A stretch of 64,000 nucleotides of DNA from Scyliorhinus canicula (lineage: Eukaryota), in assembly GCF_902713615.1 (NCBI RefSeq), contig NC_052151.1, positions 50,010,033 to 50,074,032 of the forward strand. The letters run 5' to 3'. Position 1 is the stretch's first letter; each line of letters opens with the position of its first letter. Position numbers and translations under genes: made by a program. The notes below the pieces were generated by a model that was not told the DNA's origin, did not search any database, and worked only from the letters and a program-made list of their open reading frames with translations. Shown piece after piece: positions 11,609 through 25,170 of this stretch.

Positions 11609-12615
11609 TATGTTTCACATGCAGTCTCCAGCCACTGGGCGCCATTGAGCAATAATATCTGGTGTTGGTATGCCGTTACAAATAATTATATCCATTCAGT
11701 CAATAATACCACATACCTTGCATAAGACAGGATTTTAGAAAAAAGCTGCTTTTGCTCAGAATAATGCCTCACTCTGACAATATCCTCTCTGGTGCCCAGT
11801 GGCATAAATGTTAAGGGTAGTGGTAATTATCGCTACCACTATTGCTGCAGTGTGGATAGTTAACTGTCCCTTTAAGACTTTTCAGGTGACATATTGTGTA
11901 ATCATGCACGGCTGCTCTGCCATGTCTAAATAATTAGCTCATCGAGGAGGGATCTGTAACATCGCCACTTCCAATTGGGATGTCCTCTGCCCTGACAATA
12001 ATCACTGGAAACAAGCTTCAGCAGAGACAAAAATCAGGCGGATGATTTACTATAGTCCGTCTGCACTACCACCAAAGGCCGATTCACCCCATTCTCTTTC
12101 ATCATTGTGTCACATTCAAAAGGTAGCCTTATATTTTGCATGAAATCCACTGCAAAGAAGCAAATATGACTCATAATTCCAAAAGTTTAAAAGCCAGTTT
12201 AAACATCTTAAATTTCCAATGTTCCAGTATCTTAATTTTTTATAGCAGCTGTCTTTCGGAGGACAGTGTAAAATGTATAAATTGGCATTTCTCAGTTAGA
12301 TAATGTGCACCGTAGCACCAGAACTGAATAGTAGTTTTTACATCCATCCGTCTTCTCTTGCTCCGACAAGACTTATATTTTTAAAATGTAAATTTGCCAT
12401 CATTCAACTGCTACTTGCTCAATTACCTTATCTTCCATCTTACCTTTTCTTACATTATAAAATTGATGCTATTGTCCAGTTTCTCAAAAACAAATGCTTT
12501 AAGACAATAATATTTCAAAGTATTTCCTCAGGTATTTTATGCATGGATATTCCAAATCCAAATGTTAGGGTAGTGCTCTTAAGTGGTAAATCTTCACAGG
12601 GAGGCAACACATATC

Positions 12616-13020
12616 GTCCAGAATTCTCCAGTTCAATTTCCTTGCTGGCAGCACACTGCTGCCCAGCGGCGTGGGGTGATGACAATGGGAAATCCCATTG
12701 GCAATCGGCGGGAAGACGGAATCCCGCCGCCAGTGCATGGCACGCAGGCCGAGAAACCCGCGGTTGGAAGACTAGAGAATCCCGCTCCATCATTGCCTTC
12801 TTGGCCCATTGATTTTAGTTGAAAGGTCTTCAGCGGAATTCTCCATCGGCGGGATCCTTCAGTCTGCCGGCAGCGCACCCATGCCCACGGGTTTCCCTAC
12901 AGCGTGTGGTGGCCACAATGGGAAAGCCCATTGACTGCCTGTGGGAACGGAGAATCCCACTGCTGGCGGGGGAGCACCGTGCCAGAAAACGTTTTTTGCG
13001 GACCGGAGAAAATCACCCCC
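12616..13020. mobile_element. Two adjacent short Harbinger-type MITEs (~12616-12787 and ~12831-13020)
   Basis: Each has GAATTCTCC...GAGAA(A)TC ends and the central CAATGGGAAA..CCCATTG hairpin. Confidence 0.65.
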
Positions 13021-13512
13021 TATGTTTAACATGGTCATTTGCACGTTAGTATAACACAATTCATCACAAATCAAAGCTGAGAGATGCTTAATAATTTACC
13101 AGAATAGTTGTAACAACTAATGATCGGTTGGATAGCGAATCGGTGACGTTAGCTGTCTTGCCTTTGCGATTCTCAGTCATATTCAATCCACTGCTTGTTT
13201 CCCACGTCCCAATCTATAATGGGGAGTAACATATGCAATTATGAAAATGAGCACTTTGTTCGTGAAAACTTAAAAATCTCATTACGAGAAGAGAATCTCT
13301 TTCTTAAATTGAAATTGGCGTTCACCTGCTCCTTGTTACACTGCAAGTAATTTTAGTGAAGGTGGGTTGGCACCCATTCAAGTAAGATGACCATATCATT
13401 GATGGGAATGTCTAGTGACCCTTAACCTAAGGATATAACCATGCCAAACCCAAATAAGAAATCTGTTCTTCTTTCATGAATGCTTAAGCTGCAGCCATTG
13501 AGCTCCAGGTAC

Positions 13513-15042
13513 CATAAGATCATAAGATGTAGGAGCAGAAGTAGGCCCATCAAGTCTGCTCCACCATTCAATGAGTTCATGACTGATCTAAAATGATAAT
13601 CCTCAACTCCACGTTCCCACCTTTTCCATAACCATCAATCCCTTTACTGATTAAAAATCTGTCTTTCTAGCCTTGAACATACCCAATGACCCATCCTCCA
13701 CAGTCTTCTGTGGGGTAAGGAATTCCACAGATTCTTTAACCTCTGAGAGATAAAGTTCCTTCTCATCTCTGACATAAATAGGCACCCATAATGATTATGC
13801 CCTTTGGTCCTGGACTCTCCCACAAGCGGAAACATCCTCTCAGCATCTACCCTGTCAAGCCCCCTGAGAATCCTAGAAATCTCAATGAGGTCACCTCTCA
13901 TTCTGCTAAACTCCAATGCTTACAGGCCCAGCATCAACCTAATGAACCTTCTCTGGACTGTCTCCAATGCCAATATTTATTCTTAGATAAGGGGACCAAA
14001 ACAGTTCACGGTTTACCAGGTGTGGTCTAGCTAATGCCTTGTACAGTATTAGTGAGACTTCCCTGCTTTTATATTCATTCCCTTTGAAATAAAAGCCAAC
14101 ATTCCATTTGTCTTCCCTATTACCTGCTAAGCTTGCATTTTGTGATTTATGCACAAGGATCCCCAAATCCCTCAGTGCTGCAGTCTTTCTGCAGTCTTTC
14201 TCCACTTAAATAATATTCAGATTCTTATTCTTTCTTCCAAACTTCACATATTCCTACATTATATTCCATCTGCTAAGTTTTTGTCCATTCACTACTCATC
14301 TGTTTCCCTCTGTAGACTCTTTGTGACAACCACTTGCCTTCCCATCTATCTTTGTGCCATCCACAAACTTGGCAGCAGTACATTCACATCTCCTGTCTAA
14401 GTCATTAATATATATTGGAAATAGTTGTGGCCTCAGCACTGATCCCTGTGGCACTCTACTAGTTACCAGTTGACATCCTGAAAATGCCACTCATATCCCA
14501 ACTCTCTGTCTTCTATCAGTTAGCCAATCCTCTATCCATGTTAATATGCTACCGCCAACACCATGGGCTCTTATTTTATTAAGTATCGTTTTATGTGTTA
14601 GGTTATTGAATGCTTTTTGGAAATCCTAGTATGTTGCCTCTACTGGTTCCCCTTTATCTATCCTGTTCACTACTACTTCAAAAGAATTCTAATACATTTG
14701 ACAGGCATAATTTTTCTTCAGAAGCCAAGCTGACTCTGCTTGATTATAGCATGCATTTCTACATGCTCTGATATTACAGCCTTTAAAATCGACTCTAACA
14801 TTTCCCCAGTGACAGAAGTTAAGCTAACTGGCCTACAGTTACCTGTTTTTTTTGTCTCCCTTCCATTTTGAATAAGCATGTTAGGTTGGCAGTTTTCCAA
14901 CTATCTGGGACTCTTCTGGAATTTAAGGATTCTTGAAGAAAATTACCAATGTATCCACTGTCTCGGAGTTAGTTTATTAAAACTGCCTCATTACGCATTA
15001 CCAGATCCAAAATAGCCTGATCCCGAGTTGAACCAACAACAT
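13513..15042 (-). mobile_element. CR1 (HER1-like) LINE, degenerate ORF2 RT region plus 3' tail
   Basis: ORF fragments GNCRPVSLTSVTG, VTSRVPQGSVLRPQLFPIYINDLD and RMRGDLIE; TCTTATG tail repeat at the left end. Confidence 0.9.
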
Positions 15043-15047
15043 AGGAT

Positions 15048-16640
15048 GTCACGGTGGCACAGTGGTTAGCACTACTCACAACATCAGGCACCCAATGCAT
15101 GATGAAATAGGACTGAGTCAACATGGCTTCGTCAAGGGGTTGTCATGCCTGCCAAATCTGTTAGATTCTTTGAGGAGGTAACAAGGATGTTAGACAAAGG
15201 AGAACCAGTGGACGTGATTTATTTAGATTTCCAGAAGATCTTTGGCAAGGTGCCACATAGGAGACTGTTAAATAAGTTAAGAGCCCATGGTGTGGTAAGA
15301 TGTTGGCGTGGATAGAGGATTGGCTGACTGGCAGAAGGCAGAGAGTGAGGATAAAGGGGTCTTTTCCAGGATGTCAGCCGGTGACGAGTGGTGTACCTCA
15401 GGGGTCGGTGCTGGCACCACAACTTTTCACAATATACATTAATGATCTGGAAGAAGGAACTGAAGGCACTGTTGCTAAGTTTGCAGGTGATACAAAGATC
15501 TGCAAGAGGTACAGATAGTATTGAGGAAGCAGGCGGGCTGTAGAAGGACTTGGACAGGCTAGGAGAGTGGGCAGTGAAGTGGCAGATGGAATACAATGTT
15601 GTAAAGTGTGAGGTTATGCACTTTGGAAGGAGGTTTGGAGGCATAGACTATTTTCTAAAACTGGAAATGCTTAGGAAATCAGAAGCACAAAGGGACTTGG
15701 GAGTCCTTGTTCATGATTCTCTTAAGGTTAGCATGCAGGTTCAGTCGGCAGTTAGGAAGGCAAATGCAATGTTAGCATTCATCTCGAGAGGGCTAGAATA
15801 CAAGACCAGGGATGTACTTCTGCGGCTGTATAAGGCTCTGGTCCGACTCCATTTGGAGTATTGTGAGCAGTTCTGGGCCCCGTATTTAAGGAAGGATGTG
15901 CTGGCCTTGGAAAGGGTCCAGAGGAGGTTCACAAGAATCATCCCTAGAATGAAGAGCTTGTTGTATGACGATTGCTTGAGGACTCTGGGTCTGTACTCGT
16001 TGGAGTTTATTAGGATGAGGGGGGATGTTATTGAAACTTACAGGATACTGCGAGGCCCAGAGAGAGTGGAGGTGTAGATGATGTTTCCACTTGTAGGAAA
16101 AACTAGAACCAGAAGACACAATCTCAGACTAAAGGGACGATCCTTTAAAACAGAGATGAGGAGGAATTTCTTCAGCCAGAGGGTGGTGAATCTGTGGAAC
16201 ACTTTGACACAGAAGGCTGTGGAGGCGAAATCACTGAGTGTCTTTAAGACAGAGATAGATAGGTTCTTGATTAATAAGGGGATAAAAGGTACTGGGGAGA
16301 AGGCAGGAGAATGGGGATAAGAAAAATATCAGCCATGATTGAATGGCGGAGCAGACTCGATAGGCCGAGTGGCCTAATTCTGCTTCTGTGTCTTATGGTC
16401 TTATGATTTTATGGTAATTCCTGCCTTGAATGATTGTCTGTATGGAGTTTGCACTTTCTCCCGGTGGTCTGCTTGAGTTTCCCACTGGTGCTCCGGTTTC
16501 CTCCCACAATCCAAAGAAGTATAGATTAGGTGGGCGGTTACAGTGATAGGGCAGGACAGGGTAGTGGGGCGATGCTCTTTCAGAGGGTCGGTGCAGACAC
16601 GATGGCTGAATGGCCTACTTTTGCACTGCAGGGATTCTAT
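15048..16640 (+). mobile_element. HE1-type V-SINE split by a CR1 insertion
   Basis: Head CACGGTGGCACAGTGGTTAGCACT at ~15050-15093; body resumes at ~16412 and runs to the tail GGGATTCTAT. Confidence 0.7.
15095..16410 (+). mobile_element. CR1 (HER1-like) LINE, 5'-truncated, RT C-terminal half plus 3' tail
   Basis: VTSGVPQGSVLAPQLFTIYINDL, KFAGDTK (degenerate FADD motif), LYKALVRLHLEYCEQFWAP; ends TCTTATGGTCTTATG; contains stops. Confidence 0.95.
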
Positions 16641-18886
16641 AAATATTGCTAGTTTGGCAATGCCAGAGTGTCAGGGGTAATGCCAGGGCACTTCTCTGCC
16701 ATATCCCACACCACCCAGGTTTACAATGGCCACTGTGTCCCCAGTGTGGAGACCAGTAGTGAGCCCTGTTGGTGTCATGTCGTTCCAGGGGTGGGAACAT
16801 ATGAATGACGTTCCTGGAAGATTCGATGTTAAACTGATTTTGATTATTTAAATGTATTCAAATCCATGGCAATCAGGCTCACGCCCTCGCTGAGCATGAA
16901 CCTGATTACCTCGCTGGCTGGGACGGGAAGGTCTCAATGTCGCAAATCCCATTATGGCCCTCTGGCGAGAGTTTCTGGTCATGACGGGATTTGCGCAGCT
17001 ACAAATGGGCCAGGGAAATAACGGTCACAGAATCTGTGTCTTCATTTAAGCTTTGGTTATGGTAAAGGTACAAATGCAGACACGGGATGAATGTCTATGG
17101 AGGACTCATGCTTACTCCCAGGAACAGAGGAGTAAGTAAGACCAACAATAATTACTCATGACTGAGCGTTTGCACAAATTAAGGATAGAAGCCAAGCTGT
17201 TGAGGTGATATTTGGAGGTGAGACCAGAATTCTGACCAAAAGTTTTTTTTAAGTTACTAAAACAAGGAGAGGGGTCATGAGGCTGGAGGAGCTTCAGATA
17301 GGGCAACATTTTGTGACCCCAGCGTTCAAAGTTGGGTTAAAAGATAATTAATTTTTAATAATGGGCACAAAGCTCCAGCAAGAAAAGAACATCATGAAAA
17401 CGTATTTACCTCAGCATCACTATATACTTCCGGCAAATTCCCAGTGGGTGAGGCCTTGTGGTGCAAACATGCACAATTGCACCTTGTACGTTTACGCTGA
17501 ATATCTGATCTGAATCAAGTTTCATACTTTTAAGTGCGCTTTCATTGACAGACAAATTATTCATGGTAGTCCGAACACGGACACAGAAATGTATGCAGTC
17601 ATCTTGTCAAACACAGAATAAATGTTTTCATTTATTAACTAATGGCACATCCCATGTTTTCTTTCTATTGCCTAATCAATTAAAAAATAACTCATTACCT
17701 TTTCAAGGCCTTCCTCCTTGAGACTAATCACATCCAAATCAAAATCTGTTCTCAAGCCGTTGGAACTATTGAATATAATTCGGCCGGTTAGTCCTTCCCA
17801 GTGGGCCTGGGTAAAGAGACAAGGATAAATAAGCAAAAGCTACAGATTCACATTGGGAAAAGCTGACCAAGTTCATTTGGGTTCACATACATTTACTGCT
17901 GCTTATAACAGTCATATCGGTGTCAACGCAATTTAACCACTGTAAGTGGGGGATGGTAAAAATGATCACCAGTGGGCTGTACTAATCGCTAAAACTGGTG
18001 TTGTTGGATGTAGCGTACACTTAGTTACTGTCCTGTTATGGCCTGTAATAGCAGCAATGGAAAGTGTAAGTCTGCCAGCAAGGAGAGAATCATGAGACAC
18101 ACAGCAATATCGAGGCTTCCTTCATCAGGAAAAGCCATACAGAAGTTAAACGAGGTGCAACGAACTGCCAGCTGGTCCACTTTAATACTTTACAAGCAGT
18201 GCCTTAATAATTGACTCTCATGGTGCTGGCAAATAATGTCATTTGCCTGGTAGAGGTGGCTGCCCGTGATGCGCCTGGATGACACGTAACTAGTAACACT
18301 TGACAAAATCAGTTGTTGTCAATAATCATCCTTGAGCATTTTCTGACTTTAACGTGTCTCTTCAATATTACAAAGGGACATAAAGGCAACATGGACGATT
18401 CCTTTGGCAGATGTGATAATGCTCCTGTTACGTCATACACCGTTGTTCTCCTAATTGTTCTTTTCCACAATAAATAACTTGGCCTGGGATTTTTCACAAG
18501 ATCTTCCAATTCACTCCTGCTGCAACTTGGGCAGGAATACCTGGGGGGGGGGGGGCGGGGGGGGGGGCACGCATTTGTCCCTGGCTGCATGCTGAGAAAA
18601 CATTAATTGAATTCCTACTTCCAGATATCTCTGAACAAAGACCAAGATTTTGAAATGTTATCACAGCAGTGACAGAAGTGAACAACACAAAAGGAACTTC
18701 TTCCTCTTTATCACGTGTCTAAGATCCATTGCCAGGATTCGCGCAAAGCAGCAGCTGGAAGACTAAAGGAGGACTTGAGGCAGAGAGGAAAAAAGGAGGC
18801 TTATGGCTGATAAAATTACTCAGGCAACAGGATTTACTGGAGTCAGCTCCCTGGGGATGTTCAGGGCTACAGCACGAGGAAACCTA

Positions 18887-19061
18887 GGGCGGGATTTACC
18901 GGCTGTTCACGCCAGCGGAAAATTCCGGTCTCACTACGGAGCATGAGTTTCCCGGCGATAGAGGGAGCTGTGACCAGGGAATCCCGTTGACAATGGCGGG
19001 GTCAGTAGATCCCTCTGGCGGGCCGCTTCTGCCACCAAAATACATGTGGCGGGTTGATTGG
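18887..19061. mobile_element. Short Harbinger-type MITE, left part
   Basis: Left TIR GGGCGGGATTTACC; body similar to 11415-11608; interrupted at 19062. Confidence 0.65.
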
Positions 19062-19284
19062 TGTGGTGAATGTATTACTGCTACCATTCACCATCGTATT
19101 ACATTACATTATATTATGTTGATGCTCTTGTGGGCTCCGCCTCTGCCTCCGCCCCCTCGGGGGAGGTATATAGATCTGCAGTCTGTAGGCGGCACTCAGT
19201 ACAGAGCAGTCGCAGGCGGGCACAGTTCTAGCTGATTAAAACCACTGTTCACTTCAACTCGCCGTCTCGTGCGAATTGATGGCC
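19062..19284 (+). mobile_element. Probable LTR-retrotransposon solo LTR, 3' end lost
   Basis: Starts TGTGGTG; GC boxes, TATATAGA at 19167, ATTAAA at 19235; no terminal CA or TSD found. Confidence 0.5.
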
Positions 19285-19299
19285 TTAGATGGGAGGTAA

Positions 19300-20530
19300 T
19301 AGCAGATCGAAGATAACCATAAAGAAAATTGCCACTGGTGGGAGGCAGTGACAGTTATCATAGCCGGGTGCGATCTAACAGAAAGCTTCCTCAGGGCACG
19401 ATCCCTCCCATAGTGTATTTGGGCTGGATGGAGGAGATTGGGTATTGTTTCGGGGGCCTTGGAGACCGGGACATCATTTAAAATGGCAGCCCGATCTCTC
19501 GCTACAATGGGAAGTTCCGTCGAGCAGAGCTCCCCACTGTACAAAACAGGGCTACGTGCAGCACAGGTTCCCCATTCAGGCCCCTTATTCAACATGAGGC
19601 AGGTTGAATAGACATGTGTCTCAACACTGCAAGCGCTGGGAAACACGCAAGTAAACGCGCTCGCTAGGGGACTTTGTTCCCTTTTGGGAGAATCGTGCCC
19701 TAGGTGTCGTTTGGGTGTTTCGCCAGTGAGTTCTCCACCGCTATCTAATCACACAAAGTCACTTTTGAGGGCCCTGGGGAGTTTCTCCCCAGTCAAGCCC
19801 ACACATGGAATTAATTTAATCACTGGGGAGCTGAACCAACTGGCCAGACCGGCTCCTCAGATATAGGGCCATCATGTTGAATGGGCTCCCCGATCTCGAA
19901 GTGGACTTGTGGGTCACCTCCCAACCCCGGACAATGTCACTCTCCACACCACCCCCCTCCAAATGATGGCAACCTGCTCTGGAGTCACTGAGGGCCCCAC
20001 CCTTTCAGGCCTTCCCATATCCCCTTTTGAGCCCCCATACCTCCAGGGCCCCCAAGGGTCAGGGCCTGAGAGGGGCCATACCCATCCTTCCACCCTCCTT
20101 TGATGGGTATGGCCCCCCACAGGCCCTGACCCTTGCAGTACCACCTGGGCATCCAGTGTGGAGAGCCGGAGGCCACCCTGCCCTGTCCCTGACAAACCAA
20201 GTGCCTCCGGTTGCCCAGGAGATCTCCCCAGGTGCTGTTGCACTTGGTCCACATTTGTGTGGACCAGTACTGAAGGGTGCCTAGCTGGGGTATTGCTTGG
20301 GTCGCTGGTAGATGCCAGGAAACTGGTAGATTCTGGTTCAGCATACCTATGTGGGTTTTAAACCTACTTAAGGATGTGAGGTTTGGTCCCTCTCAAGGGC
20401 GGGATCCTGATTGTGTTGTCTTGGAGGATCTGGGTAGATCTCACAAGGCATACTGGCTGTTGGCAAGCCTGCAGTGGGTCTCTCCCTGCATCTACCAGCA
20501 GCGTTGTGCTCCCGTTTGGGTCCACTGCTT
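19300..20530. mobile_element. Older Harbinger-like non-autonomous element remnants
   Basis: TIR-like GGAGAATCGTGCCC at 19687-19700; GC-rich TGGCA/TGCCA-rich interior resembling 16650-17040, 32970-33850 and 62025-62640. Confidence 0.45.
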
Positions 20531-21399
20531 AATTAGGGAAATAACTGAAGTCTTGTATCATCCTGCACCACCTGCATAAACCTCAGCACAAACCCCAACT
20601 TCCTGAAGTTACAGGACTATATTGAACGTCGATGAGGCCACTATCGATCCTACAATGAACCAAAATAAGAAAGAGATATTCTGGAGTTACTTGACTGATA
20701 TTCTTTGACCAGCAGTGTTCTGGGTCAAATCCTGAATTTCCTTTTTAACTTTATTAGGATCTGGTTGCTTGAAATGACCGTTCAACCATTTTGGAAAATC
20801 TCCGTACAATCTGCAGCCAATGCCCAACCTTTACAATGTTTATATTGGTTTAATGTTCTAGTATTGAGGAGTGTTAAAGGATTATCACTGCAGGTGCTTT
20901 GCGACTGGCTAGTATCTTGTTAGATAACAAACTTGCAATCAACAAAACCATGTTGTCTGCAACTTGTAATTAATGGAGAAGAAAGGAGATCATCTTCTTC
21001 ATTTTGTCTAGAGAAGAAACTCGAGCTCAATGTTATTGAACACTGCGTTGAATAGAGTTTTGGCACTTGTGCAGTTAATGATCCATTTCACTGGATTTGC
21101 AAAGAACATAAAGCTGATAGTGGACAGAGTGTAAATAAGTCAGAATTGAAAGGGATACAAAGATTAAAAGCTCCAAACATTAAGTACCTCTTTAATGAAC
21201 TTCATGAAGCGACTCCCAAAACGCCAGGGTTTGTGCCTGTTACACTGTAAGGAGCTGACGGTCATCTGTGGAGATTGTTGGACAGCCACCGAAACAACAT
21301 GAACTGCATCATAAACTAAGGCAGCATTTGTCTGAAATTAGAAACACAAGAAAAAAATCAAATCAGAAAATGCTGCCAGCCAGGGACATTTTCATCAGA

Positions 21400-21632
21400 G
21401 TCCCGAATGTCTCAAATAAGTAACGATGAAAGGTGGGGAAACCACAAGAGACGAGGAAGGGTGGGGGGGGGGGGGGGGGACAAAATGTACATAGAGTTTG
21501 TTAAATGAAGGACAAAATAAACCTCTCTGTAAAATAAAGTAAATTAGCATGGGCAAGTAAAATGCAATGTATATACACAACAACTGTTTACAAATATGAG
21601 AAAACCCAATAAAAAGATTTTTTTTAAAAAAG
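21400..21632 (+). mobile_element. Possible L1/Tx1-like 3' UTR remnant
   Basis: G-tract followed by AT-rich sequence ending CCAATAAAAAGATTTTTTTTAAAAAAG; no ORF support. Confidence 0.35.
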
Positions 21633-22404
21633 AAACACTGAGCAAGTTACATCTCTTTCGACAAAGTAAAATGCCAGTTCGCACCTGAAGGTAAATCATA
21701 AATGTGTCAGATTTTTCGTTTTTTTTAAAACATCGCACCCTTTTGTTAAGATGTCAATGGAAAAAGTAGGAAACTGAAAATCTTAAGGAATCTTTCTTGC
21801 CGGGTCTGATAATCATTTCTTTATTGATAGACTCCGCTGGACAGTCAGTTTCCACCCACCAAGGTCATCTTGTTGTTTCGTTTCTAAGATATAGTACTTG
21901 AGGTGAGGGGCATCAAACTATACGCGGGGGGTGGCGGGAGGAGGCAGGATCAGGCTGTTGAGTTGAATGATCAACTACGATCTTAATGAATGGCGAAGCA
22001 GCCTCGAAGGGTTAAAGGGTCAAATGGCCTCATCCTGCTCCTATTTTCTCTGTTTCTATGAAATGACCTAGAACAGTCTTAGCTCACACTGTGGCTCTAG
22101 GGCCAGCTCTGAGCTATTTTCCTCATCAGCTGTGGGACCCTCACTGGACCTGGCATTCTGTGTCCAGCTATGGGATGCTGCCAGAGCTAGAATTTAACAT
22201 TGCTCTCTGCCAGTGGCATCTGGAGTTTCAATAAGACTGTCAGTGCTCCTGGTGGAATAAGGATGTCTTACGAAAGTTCCGCAATTTTGTGTAAACTCGT
22301 TGATCTATTATTTTAAATGGAAGCATTAAGCCATATATTTAAAAATGGGGTAACACTGGTTAAAATAGCAAGCAGATAGAGGAATTGGATCAGAACTTAT
22401 TGAG

Positions 22405-22840
22405 CATTCACAGGAACAGGAGTAGGTGATTCAGCCCATTGAGCCTTTAGCACATTCAGTTAGATAATGGCTCATAAGCATCATAACTATATCCATCCTC
22501 CTTGGTTTTGTTACCCCACCTGCTGAACAAACATTTCTGGTAATATTGCACCACTTCCCCCAGTGCAAACGGGTGGAAACTCATCCTGCATTCCATCATT
22601 CCATGATGCAGTGTGCTGCGATAGTCCTGGTAGCTCAGCATAAGATAATTCCAGACAAGGAATTTGATTTAGCCCTTCATACAGATAGAAAGACCCATTG
22701 CCCACTAGCAGCCAACTATTTTTCCAGATATCCAGATCCATTCCAACTATATGTGTGAAGGAGGACTTCCTGGTGACAGGCATAAATTTGCCCTTTACCA
22801 CTTTAAGCCCGTGTCCCCTTGTCCAAATTAAATTACCCAT
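22405..22840 (-). mobile_element. Old CR1 3' end
   Basis: ORF 22511..22840 begins MGNLIWTRGHGLKVVKGKF (CR1 C-terminal TRGH motif); CR1-type 3' UTR at the left end. A (+) CR1 tail lies at ~21895-22040. Confidence 0.6.
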
Positions 22841-23224
22841 TCTGCCTCAGTGCTGATAATTGAAAGCACTCCCCAATTTGCAGTCTGGCTAGAGCACCTT
22901 AATATTATATTTTGACTTATGTCATTCAGCTTTCTATTGCCTTTGTCAATTGCTGCTCTGCATTTATCAGACATGCCATGCCTATTAAGATTCCAGTATT
23001 GATATGGTGGATGCCTATCCAGATACTACAGTTTAAGTTGAATCGATGATTTAGTCACTACAGTATGTATTCTCCTAGTGTCAACTGGTTTCAGATTTTT
23101 CAAAAGGATAAGGTACAACATAAATGCAATTCTTATTAGTTTTCCAGCATGATGGGACCATACACAAATTCTTATTGCTATAACGTCCGTTCGAAAAGCT
23201 GAAAATGTTAAATCCAGTGTTCAT

Positions 23225-23850
23225 GGGCTGGATTCTCCACACCCCGACAGCGAAATTGTATTCGGCGATGAGGTGGAGAATCCAATTTCCCACATTAAAT
23301 CAGGACCAGTTCGGCGATTCTCCGCCCCCCCAAAAAGCAGCATACAATAAACAACATCGGAGACCATTGCCAGAGGCCCGCCCCGCTATTCTCCACCCCC
23401 GACCGGCTGAATTCCCAACGGCGTGCACCACTCATGGTCCTGCCGTTTGGGATACTCGCGAGGCGGCTGCGGACTCAGTCCGCGACAGCCACAGTGGGGG
23501 GCGGGGCAATCGGAGGGCAGGGGGCCTCATTCGGGGCTGGGGGCTGTGTGTGCGGACGGTCCGGGTTGGGTGAGCGATTGATCGGGGGCACTATTTCCGC
23601 GCTCCATGTCCTCGGTCTGAGTGCTTCATGGAGCACGGGGCAGGCTGCCGCCGTGTGCATGCGCAGCCTCTGACCTGGAAGTGCAGGGGACCGTATCGGC
23701 AGTGGGAGCTGTGAGCTCCACGACAGCTGCCTGCTAGCCCCCTGAAAGGCTATGAATCTGTGGCCTTTTGACGCCCATTTTTATGGCGTAAAAGACCACA
23801 GTTTTCATGACGGTGTGAGGACATAGTCCTTGAAATGGAGACTACAGCCC
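23225..23850. mobile_element. Harbinger-type TIR element
   Basis: TIRs GGGCTGGATTCTCC and GGAGACTACAGCCC; interior related to 47715-48377; TSD not preserved. Confidence 0.75.
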
Positions 23851-24064
23851 CCGGTATCAGAATATTTCCTGGAGAGTGCCTTTCAAACGACCATAAGTAA
23901 ACTTTGTTTTTCTTCTCGTCACCTCTCAGCAAAACAATGGAAAGCCCTTGACAAAGTATATATTTTCCCTCCACATTTCAGGCATGCGCAACAAAACATC
24001 AGAGAGGGAAAAAGCCTCCTTGGTACAGCTCAATGCCATGTCTCAGAAGTAAAGGTAAATTCTA

Positions 24065-24265
24065 GATAGTCCCAGTTGAGTATAAGCTTCTTTCCCCTTT
24101 GAGAGGGAGAGCTGACGGGTGATAATTTAACCTGAGGATCACCACAACTCAGATGAGGGATGAGGCGGAGAAGGCGGAGCCTTCATGAATAACCTCAGCC
24201 GCTATGGGAATTGAACCCGCATCATTGGCTTCACTCTGCATCACGAACCAGCTGTCTAACCAAAA
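24065..24265 (-). mobile_element. tRNA-derived SINE of a separate family
   Basis: Minus strand GGTTAGACAGCTGGTTCGTGATGCAGAG...GCGGGTTCAATTCCC (B-box) followed by a non-V-domain body. Confidence 0.6.
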
Positions 24266-24352
24266 CAGCCAGGTCTCAGAAGCAAATACTTACCACAGAG
24301 GACAGAGACCGAAGACAACATTCCAAAGAAAAAGAGCATATATGACTGTTTT

Positions 24353-24561
24353 AACAACAACAGAAAATGCTGGAAAAACCCAGCATCAGTGAAGGGAGAA
24401 AATAGAGTTAACATTTTGAGTCCACATGACTCTTCTTTGGAGCGGACACAAAACATTCACTTATTTTCTCTCGCCACCGATGCTGCCAGACTTGCCTCAT
24501 TTTTCCACAATTTTCTGTTATTGTTTCAGATTCAAGCACCTGCAGTATTTTACTTTTTTTT
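24353..24561 (+). mobile_element. Fold-back Penelope-like mini-insertion, family 2 (degenerate)
   Basis: Imperfect inverted arms AACAGAAAATGCTGGAAAAA and TTTTTCCACAATTTTCTGTT, with a ~35-nt unpaired tail. Minus-strand centre AAGAAGAGTCATGTGGACTCAAAATGTT resembles a decayed hammerhead core. Confidence 0.6.
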
Positions 24562-24845
24562 ACGTATGACTACTTGCTCCACATCACAGAACTAGCCCTT
24601 ATTCTATAACTTTCAGGATGTATGGCACTGTAGTTTTGGTGTAACATTGAATTAGGGGTATACTGCAGCATGGACTAACATGGAAGGTTGAGGTCATTGT
24701 CCTGCTGGTCTTGGTGCATTAGGAGTTAATAAAATGACTGTCTCAGCACTTGTCTCCACGTTTCATTCGAACCTCAGTTCCGCATTCAAACTTATTCACG
24801 GTATGAGATGATATTCAGTGAATGTGGAATGGAGTGGAGGACTGG

Positions 24846-25170
24846 GGGCAGTATGGTGGCACAGTGGTTAGTGCTGTTGTCTCACAGAGCCTGGGACCTG
24901 GGTTAAATTCTAGCCTCGGGTGACTGTGTGGAGTTTGCACGTTCTCCCCATGTCTGTGTTGGTTTCCTCTGGATGCTCCGGTTTCTTCCCACTGTCCAAA
25001 GATGTGCAGGTTAGGTGGATTGGCCATGATAAATTGCCCCTTGGTGTCCAAAAGGTTATGTGGGGTTACTAGGTATGGGGATAGGGTGGGTACGGTTGGG
25101 TGCTCTTTCCAAGGGTCAGTGCAGACCTGATGGGCTGAATGGCCTCCTTCTGCATTATAGGAATTCTATG
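24846..25170 (+). mobile_element. HE1-type V-SINE
   Basis: Full head, V-domain and tail ending AATTCTATG. Confidence 0.85.
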
